Source: a plasmid
Length of the DNA stretch: 64,000 bases
Sequence record: CP121101.1
Reading direction: 5' to 3' (one strand)
Position numbers and translations under genes: made by a program. The notes beneath the pieces are model-generated. The model was not told the DNA's origin. It was given only the letters and a program-made list of their open reading frames with translations, and ran no database searches. This document shows positions 1-9,905 of the stretch, one piece after another. Each line of letters begins with the position of its first letter. Within the stretch, counting starts at the first letter, position 1.

Positions 1-372
1 GCGATCTTATCAAGACAGTTGGCTCCTTTGAGTTCAGTTGGTCAGGCTACGCCCCCAGTTTTTACTTTAAGGGGTTTGAATAGTCCCTCTCCCCTCCCCC
101 GCTTAGTAGGCGGGGGAACACCCCTTTATGATCCCCTATGCTTATTCCACTATATGTCCTGTTCCTGGTAGCCCTCTAGCGGGGTTGTAATCTGCTAGGA
201 TTCGCAAGGGTGACAATATGCTCAGTTCATCCGGTCCGGTACAATTGTAGGTTTTGTTTTCTTCCCTTACTCCAATCCATCAGAGTATTTCTGCAAGGTG
301 ACCTACCTGATGGGCACTTGCATTATCAAGTAACAGCGTAAGTTGACTCCACGCACCAAGGAGACAACCGTT

Positions 373-1527
373 ATGATGGAATTTACCTTTAAATCCAGTT
401 CATCTTTTACCGACGCAATCACCTTCGTTGCAGCTCATGCAAAAGGGAGCATTGCACCGATTCATAAATACCTTCTACTGCAAATAGCAGAGAACGGCGT
501 TCTGTCAGTTCAAGCCACGAATGGTGGTTTCTTTGCTACCCGCATGACGAAAATGGATTCGTTCAGCGGCACGGGCTCTATCTGCGTTGATGCGGCAAAA
601 TTCAATGCCATCGTTCACTCGATGCCCGTTGATGCAACCGCAACTGTCAAGTTTTCCTCTGACGGCAATAAATTATCAGGCGTTGTTCAAGCAGGGCGTA
701 GCCGATTCCAGTTAGTGTGCTTATCAGCAGACGAGTTCCCTCAGCCAGAGATTTGTAATAACACCTCTCGCTTTTCCATCCAAAGTAGCGATCTGCTTCC
801 CACCCTGACCCGTCTAAACCGTATGGCTCCGGCTAATGATTGCCGCCCAACGCTCAATTCCATTTGCGTTGAGCTGGACGATACGAGGGCCGTAGTTGTG
901 GCATCTGATGGATTGCGGCTGGCTAAAGGGGAGTTCCCTATCAGCAGTATTAGCGGTGATGTGCGGGGGCATCAGTTGTTGATCCCTAAACAACAAGTGC
1001 AGCAAAAATTTTCAATGACAAAGATGGGGTGTGAGCTGGTAGTTCTCTTTGATGCTTCACGCCTTGCCATCATCTGTCCGGTACATGGTTGGAAACTACA
1101 ATTCAGCCTGCTGGAAGGAAAGTACCCCAACTGGCAGCGTGTTATCCCGAATCCCTCTGGTCATGGCTGGGCTGACCTAGGGGTAGATCGGGAATATTTC
1201 ATTTCATGCCTTGAGAGAGCCAAGATTTTGGCTGATGGTCGCAAACAAACTGTGCGTTTCCAAGTCCAAGCTGGGGAGATCACTATCAGCTCGAAGAACG
1301 AAGGGAGCGACGAGGGGGCGACCGAGATCGTCCCCTGTAAGATGCCGTTAGGCTTAGAGAGGGTATCGGCCATCTTCAATGTTGGTTATCTCGTCGATGC
1401 TCTGCGCGGATTGTCCGGCGCAATAGTCAATCTGACCATCGATACCTCGGAGCAGAATAGTGCGGTTCTCATGCGTTCTGAAACTGACATTACTGCATTG
1501 CAGGTGTTGGCCCAAGTTAAGGCTTGA
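373..1527 (+). CDS. DNA polymerase III beta sliding-clamp (DnaN) homologue, mobile-element encoded paralogue
   Basis: ORF 343..1527. Motifs align with E. coli DnaN (GRSRFQL...ADEFP, SDGLRLA, EGKYPNWQRVIP, FNVGYLVDAL). AGGAGA RBS 7 nt before ATG at 373. Confidence 0.7.
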   Translation: MMEFTFKSSSSFTDAITFVAAHAKGSIAPIHKYLLLQIAENGVLSVQATNGGFFATRMTKMDSFSGTGSICVDAAKFNAIVHSMPVDATATVKFSSDGNKLSGVVQAGRSRFQLVCLSADEFPQPEICNNTSRFSIQSSDLLPTLTRLNRMAPANDCRPTLNSICVELDDTRAVVVASDGLRLAKGEFPISSISGDVRGHQLLIPKQQVQQKFSMTKMGCELVVLFDASRLAIICPVHGWKLQFSLLEGKYPNWQRVIPNPSGHGWADLGVDREYFISCLERAKILADGRKQTVRFQVQAGEITISSKNEGSDEGATEIVPCKMPLGLERVSAIFNVGYLVDALRGLSGAIVNLTIDTSEQNSAVLMRSETDITALQVLAQVKA

Positions 1528-1652
1528 TGTTATCTGACAGCTTGCTTTTGTCGTTCTATTGGGGGGCAAACTAATCGCTATGCCCCCTTGCATCATCCGG
1601 TATCGGGTTAACCTAAGTCCACTGAATAAAGAAACAGACCGGAGAAATTTCC

Positions 1653-2000
1653 ATGTTCCAGCCCCTGATTGAATGCCTTTCCACTCGCCTCGGGGTGAGT
1701 CAATTCAACCTTCAAGTGTCCGGCTCGGCAGAGTTAACACAGGTGATCATCATCCCCGTCCTCTCGGCTCCTGCGGCCAATGTTGCGGGGGCAGGCTATC
1801 AGGAGAGGGGGCAAGCCTACCGTGCTGCCCTGACAACTCCGGTTGTCGTTTCCGCACCTCTAGGTGACATTGATACTCGCTTAGCTGAGATCCTTGACGA
1901 GTACGCTCAAGGTCTCTCTGATACATTACGCCAGCCCAGCATCACTGAGCAATTGCAGAAGGCTGTATCTCAAGCGGCGGTCAAGGGTGTTGAGTGTTGA
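1653..2000 (+). CDS. hypothetical protein (115 aa), first gene of a ThiF-associated operon
   Basis: Intact ORF with a GGAGA RBS. No recognisable motif. Confidence 0.4.
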   Translation: MFQPLIECLSTRLGVSQFNLQVSGSAELTQVIIIPVLSAPAANVAGAGYQERGQAYRAALTTPVVVSAPLGDIDTRLAEILDEYAQGLSDTLRQPSITEQLQKAVSQAAVKGVEC

Positions 2001-2055
2001 GCCGAGAAGAAAAAGGGGGAAGCCACACATCCAGTGACTGATGGAGCTATTCCAA

Positions 2056-2112
2056 CAGGGGCAGGGGCAGGGGCAGGGGCAGGGGCAGGGGCAGGGGCAG
2101 GGGCAGGGGCAG
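2056..2112. repeat. (CAGGGG)n hexanucleotide tandem repeat, about 9.5 units, G4-capable
   Basis: Direct reading: caggggcagggg... uninterrupted for 57 bp in the intergenic space between ORF 1653..2000 and ORF 2189..2404. Confidence 0.9.
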
Positions 2113-2188
2113 TTCAGGAGAAAGTTGATGCCCAAGCACTTTTTGACCAAGACATTTTGTCCTCTTTGGGAATCTAAGGGGAGTCCAT

Positions 2189-2404
2189 ATGCAAACCATC
2201 AACTTACTGCGTCGAACCTTTAAAATTGGCTCTGCTATCGTAGATGACCCTGTTCCTGGCCTGCCACTCGAAACGGCACAACAAATCCTATCAGCCACCT
2301 ACCCACAGGTACGTTGGACAACCTTGTACGAGACCGATGGCCTTCTGGTAGGGAATACCTTGCAATACGAATTTCTAATACCCCCAGTCAAAACCAACGG
2401 TTAG
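2189..2404 (+). CDS. small hypothetical protein (71 aa)
   Basis: ORF with an AGGGGGAG RBS, followed by a strong hairpin terminator. Size is compatible with a beta-grasp/Ub-like protein, but there is no GG terminus. Confidence 0.45.
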   Translation: MQTINLLRRTFKIGSAIVDDPVPGLPLETAQQILSATYPQVRWTTLYETDGLLVGNTLQYEFLIPPVKTNG

Positions 2405-2426
2405 ATGTTGGGAGGGGAGGGGATCG

Positions 2427-2456
2427 AAAACCGCCGCAAGGCGGTTTTATCTTTTG
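2427..2456 (+). terminator. rho-independent terminator (aaaaccgccgcaaggcggtttt + T-run)
   Basis: Perfect 8-bp GC-rich stem with a GCAA loop, followed by TTTTATCTTTT. Confidence 0.6.
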
Positions 2457-2688
2457 TGTGTGTGGATTCAGCCGCCAGCTATCAGTCCTAGGGGAGGTTT
2501 GAGACCCAGTACTGCTGATGGGGTGATGTTGTCGGTGAACAGGCAGCAGAAAAATACAGTGTATTTGTGTTTCCAACTTGTTATCGGCAGCGCAAGGGAG
2601 CAACAAAAATACACTGTATTTTTGGGAGTTTGAGCTGATCTTGCGTCTGAGCAATCTAAGGGATACTGGCTGCATAGGAGGTGCTTAC

Positions 2689-2889
2689 ATGCCGACTCAT
2701 GATGAATTAGCCGCATGGCTGGATGTAATTGAGGCTGAGCCAGAACAGCCAACAGAGCAAGTTTCAGATCAAAACTACCTAGAAGAATTTGCCAAGGAGA
2801 AAGTGAAATGGATGCAGTTTGCTCAGAGAGTAGCGCGAGCACCAACCGAGCGGGATTTGCAATCCGGTTGGGCGAGCCGGCCTCGCTGA
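2689..2889 (+). CDS. small hypothetical protein (66 aa)
   Basis: ATG at 2689 preceded by a GGAGG RBS. This is the internal start of track ORF 2578..2889. Confidence 0.3.
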   Translation: MPTHDELAAWLDVIEAEPEQPTEQVSDQNYLEEFAKEKVKWMQFAQRVARAPTERDLQSGWASRPR

Positions 2890-3512
2890 AAGGGCAGGCT
2901 AGCGCGCGTTTGCAAGTACCCCCCTCCTTGCGTCTGCGCGGGGCTGTAATACCAAGACCGGGGTTTGCGGCTACAGATGGTTTCCATTCATCAATTCATT
3001 CTCTGGGGGAAATTGCACCACTGTTGAAGCCTGTCGTCACGCTGGCTCACAAGAACGGCTGGGGGGCCACAGAACTGACCAATTTGATGGCAGCGCAGAC
3101 TCTAGCTGAGCGCCTGAGTCGCTTTGAGGATCTTGCGCATGTTGTATGCCAAGAGCTGTCTGAGCGGGCTGAAAGGGCAGGGGAGGTATGTGCCTGCGAA
3201 CTGCGGGAGATCCTAAAAAATGTGGGTGGGGAAGCGTTGGCCACAGAGTTTGACAATAACTACGCAACTTGTAGGCAGATACTTGATTTTAGTTTTGGCC
3301 TTGTTAACGACCGAAATGGTAATGAGTTCGGTCAGGCCAGCGAGCAGTTCAGATTTAGGCTGTTCTCTGACCTCGAATTCATGGTTTTTCCATCGTCAGT
3401 GTCCAGCGACTACCTCGCAGCATTTCAAAACCTCATGTTCTCACAACTCCCACTTGTTGGGTTCATCCCAAGTAATGCCTTCTTTGAATACACCCTCGAG
3501 GATGATGACTGA
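2808..3512 (+). CDS. hypothetical protein (start uncertain). It overlaps the previous ORF by 80 nt, so a frameshift fusion is possible.
   Basis: 234-aa ORF. Its stop overlaps the next start (ATGATGA), which implies translational coupling. Confidence 0.35.
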   Translation: MDAVCSESSASTNRAGFAIRLGEPASLKGQASARLQVPPSLRLRGAVIPRPGFAATDGFHSSIHSLGEIAPLLKPVVTLAHKNGWGATELTNLMAAQTLAERLSRFEDLAHVVCQELSERAERAGEVCACELREILKNVGGEALATEFDNNYATCRQILDFSFGLVNDRNGNEFGQASEQFRFRLFSDLEFMVFPSSVSSDYLAAFQNLMFSQLPLVGFIPSNAFFEYTLEDDD

Positions 3513-4242
3513 GTGTTACGATCTTGAGTTACCAGAGACTTTGGAGGCCAGCCAAATTGACGAGTTCATCGGCGTTTTGGAGCAGGCCGAAAGTGAATTA
3601 TCCAAGATAGACTCTGCTCCCAGCATCGAATCAGAAGCCCCCGACTTTTTCGATAAACTCGTGCTGCTAGTCGGTGGCAAAGCAGAGGCAACTGCTGTTC
3701 TTATGAAGGTCAAAGATGCCAGTGATGAACTCGGTGGTGATGGATACTCAGCCATGTGGAGCTGTTTTGATTATTGCCATCAGAAAGCTGGCTGGACTGA
3801 AATCGCTCAGTCAGTGAAGGAGATCACAGCTGAAGGGGGGCTTGCGGCTGTATTTGGCCGCCTGAGTGAGGTGGATGATAACACCTCTCTGAGTGCCTTC
3901 CTGTTGGGGGCTCAGACGATCATTGAAAGGGAAATGGCGACCAATAGGGTAGCGAAAGAGGTTTTCGACTATCAAGACGAGTCTGACATATCCATTGACT
4001 TTAAAATCCCCTTTGAAACAAAGGTGCTGTCGCGCAGGGAGCTTGCTGATGATGCCTACAACACTCACAACGAATTTGCCATGAACGGGGATCTTTGTAC
4101 CTCTAGCGTTTGCGTCCACATCAATGATGATACTTTGATGGCCATGGAATCGTGGCAGCGAAGCATTGCAATTATGGCCGCTGTGTACGTCGCAGGAAAC
4201 AACATGAAAGAGGAAACAGGTCATGCAAGTGGTCAGAAATAA
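3505..4242 (+). CDS. hypothetical protein (about 245 aa)
   Basis: Internal ATG at 3505 (MMTECYDLE...) overlaps the upstream stop. Part of track ORF 3220..4242. Confidence 0.45.
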   Translation: MTECYDLELPETLEASQIDEFIGVLEQAESELSKIDSAPSIESEAPDFFDKLVLLVGGKAEATAVLMKVKDASDELGGDGYSAMWSCFDYCHQKAGWTEIAQSVKEITAEGGLAAVFGRLSEVDDNTSLSAFLLGAQTIIEREMATNRVAKEVFDYQDESDISIDFKIPFETKVLSRRELADDAYNTHNEFAMNGDLCTSSVCVHINDDTLMAMESWQRSIAIMAAVYVAGNNMKEETGHASGQK

Positions 4243-4969
4243 CGCCTGTCAGAATAAACAGAGTCTACCCCGCCTTGCGCTCGTATTTTCCAGCTCTAGT
4301 GAGCAGATGGCAGACCTGACCGGCATTACACGACACGCCATCGTTGACGACAAACTTGGGCTAGGTGAACCCCTTTCAATGCAGACGATTCAGGATCTGT
4401 TGGCAGACCTCACAGGGTCGCTGGATCGCTCCCAGGGTAACACGAAGGGCAACTACCAATTCATCCCCTCAAACGTGCTGCTCAGTAGCCCAAGCGCCAT
4501 TACATGGTATCAGCCCTCGCGGGAAGGAATGTTATGGTTACAGGTAGGTGGTGAGAGGTGCGGTTTCCAGATCCGTTGGCCAGCACTTGTGTTCAATATC
4601 CAGAAAGGGTCGGCACGGCTATCTGTAGCCGCTCTGGAAACCGATGAGCGCCCTACACCCGAGAACCATGTCTACGATGTTCCGATGCCCAACTGCTACC
4701 ACGGGGGAGGGTTTTGCCTTGGGAGTGCAACGTTGCCCCGAGAAATTAATTTCTCGACCTTGCCGGAGATTGAGGCTTGCATGTACGAGGCGCTGAAAAC
4801 ACACAGTAACAACTCCCAAGCGTTAGCCGACGGCTCTACGCCAACCGCGTTTTGGGTCGGAATGGACGTAGAGCGGAGAAAGACCGGCGTAATCCCGACA
4901 ATAACAGCCTCCCAAATGACGAGAATTGGCTATCTCGGAGATTGGATTGAGCAGGTTGCATCACGATAA
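4223..4969 (+). CDS. hypothetical protein with a conserved Cys/His cluster (NCYHGGGFCLG); start uncertain (4223 or 4307)
   Basis: 248-aa ORF inside the ThiF-associated operon. Confidence 0.4.
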   Translation: MQVVRNNACQNKQSLPRLALVFSSSSEQMADLTGITRHAIVDDKLGLGEPLSMQTIQDLLADLTGSLDRSQGNTKGNYQFIPSNVLLSSPSAITWYQPSREGMLWLQVGGERCGFQIRWPALVFNIQKGSARLSVAALETDERPTPENHVYDVPMPNCYHGGGFCLGSATLPREINFSTLPEIEACMYEALKTHSNNSQALADGSTPTAFWVGMDVERRKTGVIPTITASQMTRIGYLGDWIEQVASR

Positions 4970-5015
4970 AGAAGGGGATAATTGCGAACGTTGAGTTGAG
5001 TAAAGGAGCAGGGCG

Positions 5016-5764
5016 ATGAAGTGGAAAACCCCCATTGAGTATTTGTCTCAGGAAGTGGATGTTGTGCTTATTGGGTGTGGAGGGACTGGCAGTTTTGTCA
5101 TGGGCGAACTGTCAATGTTACATGATCTCTTGGCCCGTCTTGGTCATCCCGGCATCAGTGTGACCGCCTATGATGGCTCTCCGGTTCGTGAAGCTAATTT
5201 AGGTCGCCAGAGGTTCCATGCGGCAGACCTGGGGCTCCCCAAAGCACAAGCCTTGGTCGATGCGGAGCGTTGCTATAACGGATTCGCTTGGGAAGCTAAG
5301 GCAGACTATGATGTGGGCCAAGGACACTTTAATCGCCGCCGTCCAACCGTATATATCACCGCTGTGGACAAGCCCAGTTTTCGTGCGCAATTCGGGTCGA
5401 AGTTTGCAACGTTGAGCAAAGGAAACGGCCTCTGGATTGACGCAGGCAACGATAACAAGACGGGGCAGGTAGTCTTAGGGGGGGCGGGATTGCCGCAGCC
5501 TATGACCTGTTTGCGGGGCAGTATGAGGTGATGGTGGATGACCTATCCAAGAGCTGTTCATCAGCGGAGGCCGTCGCCAAGCAAGATTTCGGGGTTAACT
5601 CTACGGCAGCCAGGATTGTTGGCCAACTCATGTGGAATATGTTCCGGCATGGCGGCCTTGATTCCCACGGTGCGTTTTTCGACGTACACCGGTTATCAGT
5701 TGACCCCATACCCATTGACGAAAAAGTGTGGTCATCGTTCGGTTACTCTCCGAAGACTCAGTGA
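5016..5764 (+). pseudogene. ThiF/MoeB/E1-like protein (PRTRC-type ThiF family), split by a frameshift near 5528
   Basis: Rossmann motif GCGGTGS and the E1-type NLGRQ motif in ORF 5016..5531. The C-terminal continues in ORF 5528..5764. Confidence 0.65.
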
Positions 5765-5787
5765 GTGCCATGAACGCAACCCTAAAT

Positions 5788-5812
5788 AAAAACCGCCCGA
5801 TGGCGGTTTTTA
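5788..5812. terminator. bidirectional rho-independent terminator between the ThiF-like gene and parB
   Basis: aaaaaccgcccgatggcggttttt hairpin flanked by A- and T-runs. Confidence 0.6.
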
Positions 5813-5880
5813 TTTACTGGCAGGTTGGTGGAATCCTATTGATGCTGTTGCTCCCATGCCCAGCCCTCCCTGCTTGATCC

Positions 5881-6880
5881 TCACTTTTTGAGCATAGCAA
5901 GGAGATCGAACAGTTGCTGACTGGAAATCTCGTCTGGTAGGGTCAACTCGAAAGTATTGCCCTTTTTTTGCTTCACCTCGATTCCGGCAATCACATTCAC
6001 ATTGGTGCGCTTTTTCGGCTTTTCACCCGCAAGTTCTGTTGCTTGTGCGGCAATGTCGGCCAGTGCTTTCGGTGCTGAGGGGTATGGCTCTTTACCTTGG
6101 GCCCATAATATCAGGGCTTCAACTTGTCCCTTCGTGAGTAGCTTTAGGGTTCTTCGCAGATTTAGTATTGTTGGGCGCCCAGTACCAGTTCCATCCGGTA
6201 GCAGTTCATAGAGTGGCAGCGGGATCTCAAGTGCCCACTGTGAGGCGCGGACTTCTGACTCATGCACCCCGAAAAGTGCTGCGGCCTGGAGTACATCTAA
6301 CCCTTCATCCTTCATCACCCGGGCATAATGCAGCCCTTTATCATAAAGCGAGTTGGGTCGAGTGAGGTTGGCAAGTCGACTGAGCTCGCGTAGCTCTGCC
6401 ATGCTCAGATCCTCTGTTTCGTCGGTGTAAGCTATGGGTAAGCCTTTATCCGCCAACAGTGCACAGTATCGGCGACGCTGACCGTCAAATATCCATATAC
6501 CTGGTATCTGCTCCTCGTACTGCCAACACCTCCATCACGACGCCACCAGACCGAACTGAGCCGATCAGGTCATCTACAGTTTCTTCAGTCACTCCCGACT
6601 TGGAGCGAATATTCGCTTCGTGGATATAGGTTAGCTCCTCAACATGTGCGGAGGGGATATAGACTGACGTCAGCCGCACGAGGCGCCCATTTTTAAGGCG
6701 TATAACCCGGAAAGCACCAGTCGATCGAATCTTGCTGGCCAATGCTTCTTCCGCGTCCAGAAATCCCCCAGCCACATCCTCAGGTATGCTGAACACACCG
6801 CTTGAAATGGACGGCTCGGCTGCTGATGCAGCCATGTGGGCCACTAGGCCTGTGCTCATTGGCGTGCGCTTTTTGCTCAT
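5881..6880 (-). pseudogene. parB: ParB/KorB-family partition protein, split by a frameshift near 6456-6485
   Basis: The N-terminal ORF 6485..6880 and C-terminal ORF 5881..6456 are contiguous. A GQRRRY motif is seen across the junction. Confidence 0.7.
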
Positions 6881-6913
6881 CAGTTCGATACCTCAAGAAT
6901 GTTAGAGAAAAAC

Positions 6914-7964
6914 TCAGCCACAACGTTCTCCGCAACGTTCTGGGCACGTCGGAGTGACCGGGTATCTCCTGCATAATGCTTCGGTTGGATGGATGGTGAA
7001 TACGGTTCGGCCATCTTCAGTGACAGAAGAGAATGGCCTCAGTTGCTCCATCCTGTTGACAAACAACTTCGCTGGTTCAAGGTTCTTGAGCATCATGTAG
7101 TTATCCAGATGCTGTGGATTGGTGCCGTCAAATTTACTGCCCAGAAGCCAGACTGATGCGGGATCCAGGTTTGGGGAGGGGATATTCGCCAACAACCCAT
7201 GAATGGACTCGAGGAATTTCAAGCTCGAGTCAAACTCCAGCGGGTCGAGGCCAATAGCAACAAACAAGCTGTCACTCGCTTGCAAAGTGTTAATCAAGGC
7301 CGCGTCAAGATGAGGACCCGCATCAAGCAAGATGAGATCGAAGTGATCACGAATCGGATCAATGACATATTTTGTCAGCAATTCGGTCATGTTGATGCCG
7401 GTATCTGCAGCGTGTTGGTATGCCTGCAGTGAAAAGAAACCATCAGCTGTACCCGCCGGCATGACGAATAGCCCATCGCTAGAAAGTAGGCAGCATCCAT
7501 GACCTTACCGTTTCAGGTGTGGCTCTGCTGGCAATGGCTTCGATTGCAGAATGCTGTGGCACTTTTCCAAGCCCGGCGAACCCAAAAGCAACGGAAGTTG
7601 ACCCCTGGGGATCCATGTCAATAACCGCTACCCGCAATTGATGACGGATCAGGTTGCGATGATGAACCAAACCGGTCGCGATGGTAACGGTCGATGTGGT
7701 CTTGCCAACCCCCCCCTTTAGGTTCTGGCAAGCTACCACCTTAGCGCGAGTATCGGAGCCAAGAGTGGACTTGATCTCGGCAAACGAACGCTGGCCTGCG
7801 GCCTTGTAAATGGCCCGCACATCGGCATGAGAAAATGTGTGTGGTTGGAGCGCGTTTTTCTCTGCTGGTAGCCGGCTAAACTCTCGGCCACCATCACGCA
7901 ACACCTTGATGGCCCCTTCAACTCTGGCCCGGGTCATTTCCGGTAAACGCTGCACCTGGTACAT
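6914..7964 (-). pseudogene. parA: ParA/Soj-family partition ATPase, split by a frameshift near 7462-7479
   Basis: Walker A KGGVGKTT in ORF 7479..7964. The ParA C-terminal is in ORF 6914..7462. Confidence 0.7.
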
Positions 7965-8391
7965 CGTGTAAACCGCACTTTGATAGCCGTCCTCAATGAG
8001 GAGTCCCGGCGGTCTTGCTTAACATCGGCTATGTACCCCAACACCATTCTTGCTTGGTTGCGGAGTTTCTCGAAGCCCACCAAGCGTTGCTGTCTTTCCA
8101 ATACACTGATCATTCGACTTCCACCGTCAATTCCATGTTTTTAGGTCTTGGGATGATAATTCAGGAATTATGGGTTTGTCTATTTTTTGGCAATAGGCGC
8201 AGCTGGAGGCACAAGCTCTGCCCTCAGCTAAATGCGGCCAACTAAACCAAAAGCACATCAGATGACCGATCACATTCATTCGTCACCAGCCCCAGCCTGA
8301 TTGGAAGAAGTAACTGCATACTGATTCTTCCCCGCAAATCATCACCGTCACCAATGGATTTGACCCCATAGATCCAGACACTTTTTCCCGC

Positions 8392-9270
8392 TTAGGGTTG
8401 TGATACCCGACTGCGCAGAAATTCCCGTGGTGAACGGTATCCCAAGGCGCTGTGCGGGTGGTGCTCGTTATAATGCTCAAACGCGATAGCCAAATTGCCT
8501 ACCGCTGTTCGGCTATCCGGTTTTGGCATCATCTCGATATAGTCTCGCTTCATCGTCTTCACGAAGCTCTCCGCTATACCGTTACTCTGTGGGCTTCTCA
8601 CTGCTGTCGTTCTGGGCTCCAACCCGATTTCTCGTGCAAACGCGCGGGTCTCATGGGCGCGATACGCCGAGCCATTATCAGTCAGCCACTCCACCGGTGA
8701 TGCCGGCAACGAATCCCCAAAGCGACGTTCGACAGACCTCAGCATGACATCTTGCACCGTGTCACTATCGTAACCCCCAGTACTGGCCGCCCAGTCCAAC
8801 GCTTCCCTATCGCAGCAATCCATGGCGAACGTGACACGTAGCTTTTCACCGTTATCGCAGCGAAACTCGAAGCCATCTGAGCACCACCGTCGATTGCTCT
8901 CCTTGACGGCAACACACCCCTTATGTGCCTGCTGGGCCAATGGTGCAGCTGGTTTTCTTTCCAGCAGCAAGCCATGCTCGCGCATGACGCGATATACCCG
9001 CTTAGCGTTTACCACAGGTTGTTCTGTTGCCTCAGACTGACGCCGTAACAGCGCCCAGACCCGGCGATAGCCATAGGAGGGAAGCTCTGCCATCGCCTCC
9101 ATGATACGGCCAAGTAAGGCTGCATCATCACGCTGGCGATGATGACGACCATCTTGCCAACCCGGTTTTCGATGAACACGAACGGATAGCTGCGCACGCG
9201 ATACATTAAGAGCCTGGCTCACAGCACTTAATCGTCGTCCCCCGGCAACAAGGGCGCATGCGCAATCCAT
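8392..9270 (-). CDS. IS2-like transposase OrfB (DDE)
   Basis: 292 aa, about 75 % similar to IS2 InsD over its length ([25 protein letters not shown]). Confidence 0.85.
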   Translation of the reverse strand: MDCACALVAGGRRLSAVSQALNVSRAQLSVRVHRKPGWQDGRHHRQRDDAALLGRIMEAMAELPSYGYRRVWALLRRQSEATEQPVVNAKRVYRVMREHGLLLERKPAAPLAQQAHKGCVAVKESNRRWCSDGFEFRCDNGEKLRVTFAMDCCDREALDWAASTGGYDSDTVQDVMLRSVERRFGDSLPASPVEWLTDNGSAYRAHETRAFAREIGLEPRTTAVRSPQSNGIAESFVKTMKRDYIEMMPKPDSRTAVGNLAIAFEHYNEHHPHSALGYRSPREFLRSRVSQP

Positions 9271-9623
9271 TTTTTTGCTCGACCATACTCCACGGCTTCT
9301 TTGAGGATCTCGTTCTCCATGGTCTTCTTCCCGAGCAGACGCTGAAGCTCTCGGATCTGCTTGATGGCAGCAGCCAACTCGGAAGCAGGAACAACATCCT
9401 CACCGGCGGTGATCGCCGTGAGAGACCCTTCTTGGAATTGCTTACGCCATTTGAAAAGCTGGTTTGCGTTGACGTCGTGCAAGCGAGCAACATGAGAGAC
9501 GGTCATCCCGGGCTCAAAGGTCTGCTGCACGATGGCGATCTTTTCTTGTGGAGTCCGGCGTCGACGGCGCTCGGCCCCTGTTAACACTTCGACCATCTTC
9601 TCGTTGTGACTAGTACTGAACAT
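9228..9623 (-). CDS. IS2-like transposase OrfA (HTH)
   Basis: Matches IS2 InsC ([15 protein letters not shown]...[37 protein letters not shown]). Overlaps orfB, consistent with programmed -1 frameshifting. Confidence 0.85.
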   Translation of the reverse strand: MFSTSHNEKMVEVLTGAERRRRRTPQEKIAIVQQTFEPGMTVSHVARLHDVNANQLFKWRKQFQEGSLTAITAGEDVVPASELAAAIKQIRELQRLLGKKTMENEILKEAVEYGRAKKWIAHAPLLPGDDD

Positions 9624-9699
9624 AGCTCCAAGACTACCTCTTAAGTTAAGAGGGGCGAAGTGTCTGGATCTTCAAGGGGCCAATCTAACCAACACGGTC

Positions 9700-9802
9700 G
9701 TTAACCCGCCGAGAAGTGATACAAGGCAACTACGACAGTAGTTCAACAGTGATACAAGGCGACTACGTTGGTAGCTCAATGGTGATACGACTTGCATCAA
9801 AT
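9700..9802. repeat. about 2.5 direct repeats of roughly 33 bp (AGTGATACAAGGCRACTACG...) upstream of the stb-like operon; candidate centromere or operator
   Basis: Direct reading of three successive copies, 9715-9748, 9749-9783 and a partial copy. Confidence 0.5.
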
Positions 9803-9905
9803 GTGATTCGTTTATGATGCAAAGCGTTGACAAGGGTAAGGGCGAAAATGAGCACAACAATCACCAATCCTTGGCACCTAGACAGCATCTCTTAGCGAGG
9901 ACCTT

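Larger units (their letters stand above)
8355..9687 (-). mobile_element. IS2-like insertion sequence (IS3 family, IS2 group), 1333 bp, with 5-bp target duplication ACCAA
   Basis: Termini TGGATTTGACCCC (8355) and GGGGCCAATCTA (9687) match the IS2 IRR and IRL. ACCAA is present at 8350-8354 and at 9688-9692. Confidence 0.85.

Noticed and set aside
100-121. Inverted repeat cccccgcttagtaggcggggg near the window start as a possible terminator or att site
   Set aside because: No T-tract and no flanking context at the window edge. Cannot be interpreted.
2041-2298. ORFs 2041..2223 (+), 1926..2150 (-) and 2047..2298 (-) encoding QGQGQG, PCPCPC and PLPLPL repeats
   Set aside because: They exist only because the CAGGGG hexamer tract is open in several frames. 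No start context or homology. The tract is treated as a non-coding repeat.
8015-8245. ORF 8015..8245 (76 aa) between parA and the IS2-like element
   Set aside because: No RBS or homology. The region is more plausibly the parA promoter and operator.
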